Source: Dimorphilus gyrociliatus (Eukaryota > Animalia > Annelida). From it: a DNA stretch of 64,000 nucleotides. The position numbers and the translations under genes are program-made. Below the pieces are notes generated by a model. The model did no database searches. It saw only the letters and a list, made by a program, of their open reading frames with translations, and was not told the origin of the DNA. Each line of letters starts with the position of its first letter. The stretch's first letter is position 1. Shown in pieces: positions 1-13,279 of the stretch. Where the stretch lies: assembly GCA_904063045.1 (NCBI GenBank), contig CAJFCJ010000019.1, positions 2,734,684 through 2,798,683 of the forward strand, in the 5' to 3' direction.

Positions 1-601
1 TTGATGTAAAATTACATGTTTTCTTTCTGAGAAATGAGTTATTTTCAGATGATTTATTCGCTTTCATTAGAAAAGTACAATATTGCGCTTTAATTAGGCG
101 TGTCATGCTAAATTATAATATCTATTACACCATATGTCAACGACTTAAGTAGACTTTTTATAGCGTGTGAATAAGGCATTTTATAACCTGGCCTTCTATT
201 ATATAATGATGCTTAACAAACTTAATAGTTAGTATTATTTTTATTCTTTCATTCTATACAGATTATTAAAGAAATGTAAAATTTAGCTGGAATTGAATAT
301 AAAAGATTTATTAATAGATCGAAAATATTTTGGTTTCAAAGAGAAAATGGTAGAGTTCCATTGATAGAAAAACAATATATTATAGTAGAAAAATCGCATA
401 ATAGACTTAATATTCATACAAAAAAAAATCCTAAATGAAAAGCGAATTATTAATTGGCGGTAAGGAACACGACCAAGCCATTAACGTCGCTTGAAACGAT
501 TCGACTAGCTATAGGAAATGATCCATTGATTTCTAGGAGCGCTTTAAAAAGGCGATTTTTTTCTGCGCGGTGTGTCACTTCCAGCGATCTCGTAGTTCAA
601 T

Positions 602-3051
602 ATGCTCCGAGGACAAACACTTCAGGAAGAGCTCTCTAATCCTGTTCGATTGTTAAAAAGTTTAGCAGATACATCTCCAGATCGAATATCTTTAATTGGA
701 TTACACCAAAGAATATCCTATTCGGAATTATTTACGAATGCTTTAAATCTATCGGAATATTTACAAACATATAACTGTAACCAAAAAGTTATTGGTATTG
801 TTATGGAATCCTCAATTGAGCGAATTGTGGCAATAATTGCTGTTTGGATAAAGAAGTGTATAGTGTTGGCTTTCGATCCTCAAATACAACCAGAATCTTT
901 TATTATTGAAAGAATAAAGGAAAATAATGTTGATTTAGTAATTTCAAACTGTAACGCAAGAAATCATTTCGCTCCAATAGTTATAAATTATAAAGAAGCC
1001 ATGAATTCTATTCCTATGACACGAACGATAAATTTAAACGATTTATCATCAGGCGATGTTTTATGCATATTATACACATCCGGATCAGAGGGGAAACCAA
1101 AAAAGATCGAATTGAGAAGCGAATCGTTAATTGTCCGTCTAGTATGGCAATGGCAAACGTTGCCTTGGCAAAAGAAGGAAATCGCTTTGCATAAAACGAG
1201 TATTCTTTTCGTTGATTCATGGACGGAAGTATGGGGAGCAATTCTCAAAGGTGTTCCATTAGTTATTGCTAGTGAACAACAAAAGATGGACGTCAACTCC
1301 TTATTGAATTTAATCGATAGTTTTAAAATTACTCGAATAGTTTTAGTACCCAGTGTTTTAGACCTTCTCTTGCAAAGTGGTAGAAGTTTACCAAACTTAC
1401 AAACAATAATATCATCGGGTGAAAAACTTCCATTAAAATTAGCAACTGATTGCTTAAAGTTTTGGAATGATAAGCTATTGGTAAACCTCTACGGAATGAC
1501 TGAAGTAACTGGAGATGTAACTTTTGAAGTTTTTAGATCAATTCCAGATTTGAATTCGAAAATTTATAATTGCGCTCCGTCAGTTGGTCAACCTGTATTT
1601 AATACTAATATATACATTGTTAAGGAAAATCGAATTTGTAATGAGAGAGAAATTGGTGAAATTTGCATTAGTGGAGATTTACTAGTTACTGCCAACGTTA
1701 CTGATAATAAATATTCGAACGAAGGAAAGCATAGTCGAATATTTTATACTGGAGATCATGGTCTTATAAGAGAAGGACGAGTTTATGTTTTGGGTAGAAA
1801 AGACGACGAATTAAAGTTAGCCGGTGCTAGAGTTCAACCCAGTCAAGTTAGCGAAGAACTGCTAAAAATGCCTGCTATAAGCGAAGCATTCGCTATGGGC
1901 CTAGATAATCGTTTAATCCTTTACTATACATCCGATAACAGCATTACGAATGAAGATGCAGAGAATTTCTTAATCGAACGTCTCCCAAGTTATATGGTTC
2001 CGTCAATAATCGAAAAGATTGATTCCCTACCCAAACAACCACATACAGGGAAAATAGATAGGCAAAAGATAAGAGATCTCTATCAAAGTCAGTTTTTAAT
2101 TGATAGACAAAATGAAGATGCCTTTTCCGATAAGATTTTGATTATAATTGCAAAGAGCTTAAAGTTGGATTCAAGCACAACCGACATTGCTGCATATACA
2201 TTTCAACAGTTAGGAGGAAACTCTATATCAGCAATGCATGCATCAGCACTATTGGCTGAAGAAGGCATGACAATACACGCATCACAATTATTTAATTGTG
2301 GACAATTAAAGAATTTAACAGCAATCTCATCAATACCTTATAGTATAGCAGAAGATTATGAAATATTTCCCTTAGAAAGTATCCCCAATCCAGAAAGAGG
2401 TATTAAGCTAGTAGCTCATTCTTTTGCGCTTAGCAACCCGTTAGATGTTTTGGCTTGTACAAGCGAACAGTCGCTAGTAAGGCTAATAACAGCAATGTTT
2501 CCGGCTATTCGCGGGGATCAATTAAGTTCTGCTTGCTTCTACAAAAAGAACTTGGTTGGAATTCAGTTCACAATGAATGTGTCAAATGAGGAGCCGCCGC
2601 AACAAATTCGTCTGTGGCAGAAAACTCCTGTAGGGGCTATAAATACAGCGGCTGAAGCCGCTCCATTGGATTTCGCAAAGAATTATGGGGGACTATGGGC
2701 AGATTCGGTTTTAACTGCAATTAATTCGGAGCTATTACAGCCAGAACAGAGAATGGAAGTGTTAGAAAAACTATTCATAAATGAAATAAACGTTGTAAAA
2801 AGCAGAGGTATCAATGGAATACTGACTGTTAACTCCCATCCAGTAACCGCAGTAAGTTTGATCCTATAAATCTAAAACAGACTGTTTTTAATGTATCTTT
2901 TATCAAATAGGATCTGGCGGAAACGTTTTTCGATTATAAGATCGTTAGCAAAATTCATGCCTCTAGTTGGAAACATTCAGATGGAACAACCCCATTTTCC
3001 AGAGCTTTAAATAATTATTATGTTCTTGGTATGGTTAAGATTTTAACATGA
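602..3051 (+). CDS. ebony: Ebony-like NRPS (adenylation + thiolation + C-terminal amine-acceptor domain; beta-alanyl-amine synthetase family). Exons 602-2851 and 2911-3051.
   Basis: A-domain motifs LYTSGSEGKPK, HKTSILFVDSWTEVW, NLYGMTE, FYTGDHG, GRKD and GKIDR; T-domain motif QLGGNSIS with the phosphopantetheine Ser; RLVWQW as in Ebony. A 59-nt GT-AG intron (gca|gtaagt...aaatag|gat) leads in phase 0 to DLAETFFDYK...WKHSDGTTPF...KILT*, which resembles the Ebony C-terminus. Confidence 0.9.
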
Positions 3052-5819
3052 ACAATTCATACTATTCACAATGATTTTGAATGCTTTAACGTTACAAGAG
3101 AAAACGACGCATTTAAATTTCAATATTGAAGTAGAATTTGACTTTTTTTGACTTAAAAATTATGCTAATTTTATTTAGTGTCATCGTGTATAAATTGTGA
3201 AATTACGAATGTAAAAAGCGTTAAAAATTACGTAATTCAATAAAAGCTAATTTTCTTAGAAAGTGATTTCGTCTGACGTCTGAAATTTGCGTTAAAATCT
3301 AAGGAGGACAAGGTAAAGAGAAACTTTAGTGATACTAAGAATTTCTATAAAAATAGCTATAAAAGTAAAATATATATAATGTATATAGATATTATATGAT
3401 ATTGAAAATTAAAGATAAGTGCAACCACATTGTATATTAATATCAAATTATTCATATTTAATGCAAAAGAAGGTTATTTTTGGCCTAGACTTTTTTTTCT
3501 GTAATTGAAAACAGACAAATCCATTCTCCCTATCCTCTTTGTAATATAAAAAACTGTCTCTGCCAAGCTTAGAGCTCTCCAACACAGACCTATTGATGAT
3601 CGATGAAACTGCTAACTAGTTTCTTCCTTATAGTACTTTCAAAAGATTGAAATTACATTAGGTAACAATTTACACTTTGGAAGCAATGAAAACAAATACA
3701 GAACAAAGGTAAAATTATCTAAGTGATGTTTTTAACTCAATCAAAATAAATAAAATGTCTCTTTCATACATTAAAATTGGACGCTGAGCTAATAATAGGT
3801 ATTCCCCTTTGAATAAATCCTACCAGTTTCTTTGATTTATTCTGAGTGTTTATTTTCTATTAACATATTCAAGTTAACAAAAAGTTTGAAAATAAGAATT
3901 AGGTAAAAGATTGGCCTGACGTATAATTTATTCAAGGTACGTTAATTCGGTTATAAATTTTCTTTTATAACTAATCATTGAAGCTGAATTTTACACAGCT
4001 TTTATAGTGGATTAACGAGAGCTTTATGAATCTTTACTGGCCCTGAAGAATGGTATATTGGAATTAGCGCCATCTGAAAGCTATAAATGAAAGAAAGAAA
4101 ATAAACGAAGCTCAATACTTTTTGTAGATATAATGGGAATAATGCGAAGAACAGATTATAATTCCTTTAACGTTTCTTATAATAACGGAAGTTGCTTTTT
4201 ATGCTTCTCAAAAACATCCTGAATCCCTTTTAAATCATACTATAAATTAAAACGCATATTTACACTATTTAAAGTCGCAATAGTAATTGTGACATTTCAA
4301 AGGCCTAATTGTTATCAACCCGTGTTTATTTTTAATTGTACCTTCAGACTACCAGATGTTGGACGCTTTAAGGTTCCAAACAGCTAATGAGGGAGGATAA
4401 TAAGGGCGCTACGCAGCAACAATTACTTTGTTACGAGTTAGACACCAATATTTGTTCGGAAGATATAAAGTGTATAATTTACAATATACCTTTATGATCA
4501 TAGTTTATCATCCAGGTTATAAATAATTAGCTTTTCATATATAATAGCTCAAAGTAATTATAGGCAAAGTTAAAGAGAATTTAATAACGTTTACATAGGA
4601 TTAAACCTTAACGAATCATCACCTACCAACTGTGTCGTCGCATGACTGATAGAGAATCTTATAATTAACTTCTCATAGAAAGAAAATTGATATATATTTT
4701 ATGCAAAAGAAAAAAAATAAATAGATTCTACTTATTTCGTCTTATATGAATGAACCCCATGGGAGGAGAAAAACAAATCATTTCTCCATTCCCTATACAG
4801 TTTGAATAATGAAAGTTTTCTAATAATAAAGGAGCCCTTTCGGAGAAAAACTAATCAATTAGTAAAACGAATGTGTTAGGTAAGGAAATTTTAGCAATCA
4901 TACTCGATACTTGTAGTGTCTATATAAGAATAAAAGAGAGATTTAAATGTCTTTGATTATCCTTTTCTTTACTTGAAATTTACGCTCTAGTTCAAATTGC
5001 CTGTTACACTTTACAATTAAAAAGTCTAAGGAAAGAAAAAACAACTAAACTTAGGATTTTCCCCTTCGAGAATAAATATATAACAATCTAAATATAATAA
5101 AAAATCTACAATATATATTATTTATTTATAATAAACATTTACATTATTTTATTTTAAATAAATTAAAGAAGAATAATAAAGAAAGGAGTTTTGTTAAGAT
5201 GTGTTAGGTTTAATTAGTACGATTGAGACCATTGTATACAAAGTTCTATGAATTTACGCTTGTACAAATAATAAACACTCTTTTATTTTGCATAAATATT
5301 CGTGTATCTATATAAGTTGGACGTTTCCGACATATTTATGTTAGCCTATTGTGAGCTTTTTAAGTGCAATCGTATTAAAAAGAACCGTGCAATCTTATAT
5401 CCTATTTGAACTAAATAGAACAACAGAGGATTTCTCGTATTTAGGAATATATATTTGTTTCTAACAAAAATGCCTAGAAAAATAAATAAAAGGCGGTAAG
5501 CATCGCAAATGTAAATGCTATAAGCGCCAGATGGCAGAGAAGAGATGCCGCTGCGTATTAAAACAAGAAACAATGTCAAAGATATTTTTCCTTCAATGGA
5601 TAATTTATAACGTAAATAAAAACAAATAAAGAGAAGCAAAGGAGAAAAAAGGGAAATTGTAAGAATGACATCAGCGAAAAGATAATTAGACTCAGAGATG
5701 AAGGCAATCAGGAGGCTAGGCCCAACTCTAATTGTTTTACGTGTCGAACAGGTGATTGTTTATTTGTCAATTCGCCAAGTTATACGGGCAATTTAAACGC
5801 AACATTCCGATTTTTTCCG

Positions 5820-5963
5820 CCTATTCGCTCACCAAAGCCGGCAATTAGTGCCAATAAAAAGCCCGAGACAGGCGTTGACAACTTTTCGACCAATAGGCGA
5901 CTAGCGCTCGCCGCCGCTCCTCGCGCCATTTCTCACTTTCGCCGCTTTCTTCGATCTTCGACT
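5820..5963 (+). promoter_or_regulatory. Probable netrin proximal promoter / 5' UTR
   Basis: GC- and CpG-rich patch with two CCAAT boxes (ccaataaa, ccaatagg) directly upstream of the netrin ATG in otherwise very AT-rich DNA. Confidence 0.4.
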
Positions 5964-8019
5964 ATGATCTCATTCCACCGTCTTTTTTTCTTCTTCGCAC
6001 TCTTATATCCAAGTTTTCAAGATATTCTTGATTTGGATGAGGAAGATACTTGCTATGAGAATAACAAGCCGGTGTTTTGTCTGCCGAAATTCGAAAATGT
6101 GGTTGAAGGAAAAAAGATTACGGCTTCTTCTACGTGCGGTCTCAAAAATAAATCACGAATCTGCTTAAAGAAGAGGAACGAGTATCTAAAATGTGACGTC
6201 TGCGACTCTACTGATCGGACAAAACAGCATCCAACAGATTTTCTTACAGATTCGGATACTCCGAATAAAACATGTTGGATTTCTGAGGCACTTATGACGC
6301 CTCCCCCGCACAACGTCAGCATTAGAATACATTTTGGTAAATCGTTTGAGCTTACCTACATTTCGATCGTCTTTTGTCAAGACGCTCCTGACAGCGTTGC
6401 TCTTTATAAATCTATGGACTACGGTCAGCATTGGACGCCCTTTCAATACTATTCATCTTCTTGTATGGACTTTTACGGCGTCAGACCTAATCAAACCATT
6501 ACCCGGGACAATGAACAAGAAGCTCTCTGTTCTCCTCTCAAGGGCGGTGTTTCCGCGACCTACGATACTCCAACAATTGCTTTTTCAACTCTGGAGCACA
6601 GGCCAAACTCATTTAACCTAGACAATTCACCTGTTCTTCAGGACTGGGTGACGGCTACTGATATTAAAATAATATTCGATCGTCTTTTACAGAACAATGC
6701 TCTGGCCAGCAGTTACATGACTATGCATTATGCCGTCTCCGATCTATCGATCGGTGGACGATGCAAGTGTAACGGTCATGCTGACAGGTGTATTACGGAT
6801 GAATTTGGAAGGTTGAAATGTGTTTGTAAACACAATACGGAAGGCAGAGATTGCGAGCGGTGCAAGCCATTATATCAGGACAAACCTTGGGCGAGAGCCA
6901 CAAAGCAGAATGCCAATGAATGCGTCAGTGAGTATAAAGAGAAGAAAAAAGCCGCGGAAATTTTATTAGCGATCGTGGAAGTTTACACACGTGCTATGTG
7001 GTCAGATAATGATTAATAGGCTTTTCAACGGCGTTCTACAGGTGTTTTTATGATGCAACTACTTGCACCAGGTGCGCAGTTTGCGCCAAAATTCCGCAAT
7101 AATCCTCTGACTTCTAACAAATTCAAATTTCTTAATTACGTAACGCCAAAGCTACCGACTTCAATACCGAATTAATGCTATTGGCAGTAGGCCTATAAAT
7201 AGAGTATCTCAAAAATAGTTGTCGACAAAAGAGACGCTTCACTTAGGGAGCATCAGTCTTAACGCCATTGGCACGTTATGCAGCCAAAAAAAACTTTCTC
7301 TACGAAGCTTTTTACAGCTAATTTATCCACGATCCCTACATGCGTACTGTTCAACTTCACCTTTACTTCCAAGCATACACACAGATATATATATATCTAT
7401 CTATACAAATAAACAAACAAATTTTATATAAATATTTTAAAAAACAAACATATAAAGTATTTAAGTTAAGTATTTTACAAATATATGTTTATGTTTATGC
7501 ACGTGAATTCATATATTTATATCTATACATCTGTATAAATTAGTATATATATATATATATGTTTATATCTATACGCACCATAGATCATAGACTTATTTAA
7601 CACAAATTTAAACCTAGACAGAAATATATTTATATTTATTCAGCATAAATATAGATATAGACATATCAATATTTTTTCTTCAGGAAGATATTAATTATTT
7701 TTTTTGTCTACAAATAGGCCATAAAAATAAATAAACAAATGTTTTTAACGTTTAGGATGCAACTGTAACGGACATTCGAATGTTTGTCGTTTTAACAAGG
7801 AACTTTACGAATGGTCTGGCCATACATCTGGTGGTATATGTCAAGACTGCAAGCATAATACCGCAGGAAGATTCTGTCATTATTGCAAGGAGAAGTACTA
7901 CAGAGACGTAACTGTTAAGATATCACATGAACAAGCTTGTAAAGGTTAGTCTGATTATGTCTCCTAAGTTCTTTAAGATGATGTAAGTTCTACGTTATCG
8001 TTAATAAGGGTATATACCC

Positions 8020-8069
<50 letters not shown>

Positions 8070-9539
8070 CTCTGGGATTGGTTGAGGCAGAGAAAACTGA
8101 GATTTGCAGAACGCTAACTAGAATTTCATATCTTATGAAATCTTTGTTAGTCGGTGAATGTTAATCTTTTCTTTCCTTTTTATCGTTAATACGAAAAAAA
8201 GTTTTTTCATTCCTTAATTCTGACGACGGCGAAAGAGTAAAGAGAAGCATGCCGATTCTTGCTGGAATATTTACACAGGTGTTTCCAGTGATTAAAGGTT
8301 CGGTTTAACAAAAGAAAAAAACGCGCTGTTCGGTTTCTCTATTCTTGTCTATAGGATATACGAGTGAGAGTAACGTCGACTTTTAATACTGTCGGAGATT
8401 CATTAATATTCATGAAATCTAGCAGCTCTTGAATAGGTGTCAAAATCGAATTTATAGCGTCTAATTTATTCCGTAATCTATTCAAGCTGCTGACGTGAAC
8501 GATCGTTCAGACTGCCTGAATGAGCTTATAAAGCGGCAGGCACGGATGTGGAGTGGCTTTATTCGGAAGATATTAGATTTTTTCTATTCTTACCGATCCC
8601 TTTTTCTTTAACAGCTTGTGATTGCCATCATTATGGATCAAAAGGAAAAGTTTGCAATTCAGCGAATGGACAATGTCCGTGCAAAGTGGGCGTTATTGGC
8701 CGTAAGTGTAATCTATGCGCCACGGGCTACCAACAAACTAGATCGAAAATTGTGCCTTGTCAGAGAAAAATTTCCGGTTTGTACAATTAGTTTGTCGCCT
8801 CATTGCTTATTTCCACTTGATTTTACTATTTGATGCATTGCAGGTCGTAAATCAGACAGGAGTAAGTATATACGACTGTAATTTTCCATTAAGATGATTT
8901 GTAAAACATTTCTTCATCGTTTCAGATCGAAAACACAGACGAAAAAGTAGGTTACGCAATTAAATGAATAGTTTTTTTTTATGAATCGAAAATAACCCTC
9001 CCTTTGCAGAAAATTGCTGGAAGTGTTTAAAGAGATCAAAGAAAGCGAACGCGACAAAGTTTTGTAAACGTGATTACGGTAAGAATTGTATATCTCAATC
9101 TTTTTGGCCTAGTTACTTCGTAAAAGATTTCTAACGTTTTATGTCTGTTTTGCAACAAATTTTTATAGCATTCCACGTGCATGTCCTCTACACCAAGCTC
9201 AAAAAGATTAAGGATGAAGAATATCTCGCGCATAGTGTCATTATCAAAATGGTTTACAAGCGGTTACGTCGTTCTGGAATGTCTCTGAAAAAAAATGAAA
9301 GAACTGTTTTACTTGTGAAATATCTCAGTAAGACTTGTAGCTGCCCTCAACTTTTACCAAAGAAAGATTATCTGATCTTAACTCAACTTCGATCAGAGAG
9401 AAAAAGAAGATCTTATGTTGGAAGGCAAGGTCTATTGCTAAACAGAAAAACAGTTGTATTGGATTGGAAGAACACAAATTATATGGAGAGAAAAGTAGAC
9501 AAATTTCAGAAACGCCAGCGGTATCTCGGCTGTAATTAA
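5964..9539 (+). CDS. netrin: Netrin (signal peptide, laminin N-terminal domain VI, 3 laminin-EGF repeats, basic linker, NTR/C345C domain). Exons 5964-6927, 7756-7944, 8615-8776, 8844-8861, 8926-8946, 9010-9078, 9169-9539.
   Basis: [49 protein letters not shown]...[18 protein letters not shown]...GQCPCK and CWKC...FCKRDY...CSCP...GCN* are all netrin hallmarks. All junctions are GT-AG, phase 1, and join in frame. Confidence 0.95.
8023..8066. repeat. (AT)n microsatellite in netrin intron 2
   Basis: About 22 perfect AT units. Confidence 0.95.
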
Positions 9540-9637
9540 TGTTCATGACCGAGATGATTAGGGTAAATCAAATTTTCAGCCAAGAGAAGTGTGGTTCTTC
9601 ATTTTGTACATAAAATATATACAGTATAAACTGTATG

Positions 9638-9668
<31 letters not shown>

Positions 9669-9825
9669 CTAATCTATTGGTATATATATTGCTTATGTAT
9701 ATCAATATATACAGTATAATTATATATACTAAATATGAATATATTAAAATTGATACGATACGGTTTATTTGTATTCAGTATGTATAAAGCATATAAAATT
9801 TATGTATTTGATATACATATGTACA

Positions 9826-9826
<1 letters not shown>

Positions 9827-9878
<52 letters not shown>

Positions 9879-9883
9879 TATAT
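9827..9883. repeat. (TA)n microsatellite downstream of netrin
   Basis: Near-perfect TA run with one G interruption. Confidence 0.95.
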
Positions 9884-12800
9884 CTTTTCGTCAATTCTCG
9901 CCTATTCCAATCGAGTTTTTTTAATTTTTAATTATTTAATTTTTCTGTTTTTGTTTGTTTTTTGTGCTTAGTGAGATTATTGCATAATATAAACTCTGGA
10001 ATTTATTACTATACTATCGCATTTTAATGTTTTATTATACGCGGGAGCGGACGGTAACGGAAGAAACTATATTTCGTAACAGGTTCAATATTTGCTTTCG
10101 CCAACGGAGAAAAATTTTTATAGATTATGGCACGTGTTTACCGACGTGTTGCATAAAAATATAAAGAGAACAGGGGGTGGTAGAAGAAAGGAAAATAGCT
10201 TATAATTGCATAAATAAGGCGGAGAAAGGAGGCGTAAAAAGTAAATGAAAATATGTTGAGGTAGAGAGGAGGTGTTACAAAGGGGAGGAGAGGGCGGAAA
10301 GGTGCCCGAGAAAGTTAAAGAAGGTGAAGGGGGAGGGCGAAAAATCATCAAATTTTTTTCTAAGCCTAGTTTAAATCCGTAGTATAGTCAGTAGTCACGC
10401 TCGAATCATTCAATGCTAACATAAACAGTTGCCAAAAACTTTTCTTATTGTTTACATTTGCTGATTAAAGTTTATTTCCGTTTTTCATTAGGCCGAAATT
10501 TTTCATTGAAGGAATGCGACAAATGCGAATAGGTGAGGTGTTTGTTTATAATTAGACGGTAAGCTAAAAGTATATAGCATAAGAGGAACGGTCCTAAAGT
10601 AAACAAACCTAATACGGAAAATGTGTAACTAAAATCTAAAATGGACATACTTTCTAAAGCTTATTGAACGTCGAGTGCGAATTAGAAAAGGCATTAAGGA
10701 GCTGAAAGAAAGCAACGAGTGCGTTGGGAGGGAGCGTTAGAAGGAGTAATTAGCATTAGAATATCGATCAGTATACGTTGGTTTGACAAGAATCGTCTCT
10801 AAAACGTGTCGATTCAAAGTGTTTCAGGCTTAAAACATTCAAGTATAGAACGTATTTATGTTAGCACTTACTCCAGTATTAGCTAAACCCTTTCCCTAAT
10901 CGTTTCGTTCAGCTTTTGTAGCCCGAAAAAATAGAAAATAACATTTTCTTCTATAATTTGAGATTATCAGGCACAGTAGCCATACTCTTCTATCGTTTTT
11001 TCTCTCATTTTATCAAAACCGGCTGCTTGAGTAATTTTAATTGTATATACGAGTTGTGACTTGTTAAGTGCCGACAAAACAGAGAAGAGATTGATTCGAA
11101 TATACATTTTCTTGAAAAAAACAGAAAGTATAGGAATTGGCTGGAATACCCTTAAGCTACTATTGATAATTTTATTTGCACAATTTGAGTTCCTACTAAA
11201 GAAGAAGTTTACTTTCTTTTCAATTGCCTAAACTTTCCTCAAGCTTCCCTACGTCTCGTGATTAAGAGTATATTACAATCCTTTTGAAAGGCAGGTAGAT
11301 GGCGCTAAATATTAAATCTGAAAAAACCTGATCCAATTAGGTAGCGACACCTTGCGGTAAAATAAAAATTTTATTGGGACAAGTTTAAATTTTATCTGTT
11401 AAACACTGGTGTAAATTTCATCATTTCAAATGAATTATGATTGTTTACTAAAGTGATTATTATTTCATAATTTTATCACAATGACTAGCATGACAAATGT
11501 ACAATTAATTGATGACTGATAGGATAATTAGGAACAGATTTTTTATAACTGATAATTAAAATTGTACTAAAAAGATTAGAATAATTTATGCTACTATCAA
11601 GTACAGTAAAAAGGGAAAACGAACATTTAAAGAAAACACATAGATTGATTGCGATTTTCTATAGGAAAAAATAAAAAGACTATCAAAAAACTATCATGAA
11701 GATAAGATAGGATTTTAAAAGACCATTAACTCGTTTTCCTCCACTTTGGATCTTGTTAGCCAATACATTTACTTTTTGTACTAAAGATGGCCTCTTCTTA
11801 GACTTAAAAAAACAAGAAAAGTTGTTCTCAGTTCAAGGATTACTGTTTAAATTGTTTTTGAAAAGAAAATAAACTTGCGAAGCTTTATTTTTATTTCTAA
11901 TAAAAATAATATAACAAAAGAAAAAGAGCGTAAAATATTAATGTTTTAAAAGAAAACAATACATAATAACCAATATCAAGTGATGCTAGAATAACAAATT
12001 TGTTTACTCAAATAATAAAGCGGGTAAAATTTAATTGGTTTCATTTATTAGCGTTAAAAAGCTGAATAATCAATAGTGTTTAAAAAGCAATAAATCTCTA
12101 AATATAGGATAAAAATAACTTGAAACTCGAGTTAAGTACCGCCAAATATAAAAACACTTTTACAATACATACAAACTTCTCTAACTTAACATTACACTTA
12201 TATTGTATTATTATATTATTTACTAAAAATATATTTATTCAGTTTAAGTTAATTTTAGTAAAAATAATTTTTATAGTCATTTATATCCAATTTTTTCACA
12301 TTACCTTGTTGTTTTATGATAAGGCGACAATAGGAAAAAGACTAGAAAACGCCTACCAACACCTGGACAGATAAGGAACAAAGTATGCAGGTATAAACAT
12401 ACTGTATTTAACAGTAAACGTTTCTAAATTTATCAACATTTGTTTTCTTTCGCTTTTTTTTTTCATTTCCTTTTTGTATTTTATTACACGCAACACGTGT
12501 CTATGTGCTTACGATTTAATAACGTTATAAATCTCTTTTTTCAACCTAGTAAACCTATTTTAAAAAGATAGCGAAGGGAAAAAAAGAGAAAAACGAATCA
12601 CTGCTTTCCTATCAAACGCTGTATGAATATTATATCGATAAATTTGATAGCATTGTACATATAAAACACGCTTTATGCAAATTTACTCTTGCACGCTTTT
12701 TTTTTTTTCAAGAGTTGATTAAACTATTCGAACTTTAGCTAAGTTTCTAATCTAGTTAATAAATTCAATATAATAAACTTGCTTTTAATACTTTTTATTC

Positions 12801-13279
12801 TTTTTCATTTTGTGATTTGATTTCCTTATCGTTTCTTAACTATTCAACTAAACGACACGAAAATTTCGATGATATTAGAATATATTTTAATATTGAATGT
12901 ACTTGCAAAAAAACAAAAAAAAAGAAATTTTATAATACGTTATTAATGAAGTTATTCACAAATCACTGACTCGTCTAGACGGTAAATAAGTAACACTGCA
13001 AAGAGAAAAAGAATAACAGAACGAAACGAAGAAAAAAGAAGTAGTTGAAGAAGAATCGAGACTATACATGCTGTAAGAGGTAGTTGACGACTGGAAAAAA
13101 AAAACACAGTGCTTATATATTGCACAACGCCTTCATCCTATAAAAGCACAGGTCATAGACAATAAGCTTGATAAGCTTATACTTATATGCATACATGCTG
13201 TGAATATGTCGTTCAGGCATATGCTAATACATGCATATATATAAATTTATATATATATATATACATTTATGCTAATTTC

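Noticed and set aside
602-2869. Intron-poor NRPS as a bacterial horizontal transfer or contaminant
   Set aside because: It has a canonical spliceosomal intron, Ebony-specific motifs and the Ebony C-terminal domain, and sits among animal genes; Ebony-family NRPSs are native to animals.
8007-8020. Perfect 14-bp palindrome agggtatataccct, and a 9-bp hairpin near 25602-25628
   Set aside because: Several of this size are expected by chance in 64 kb of AT-rich sequence.
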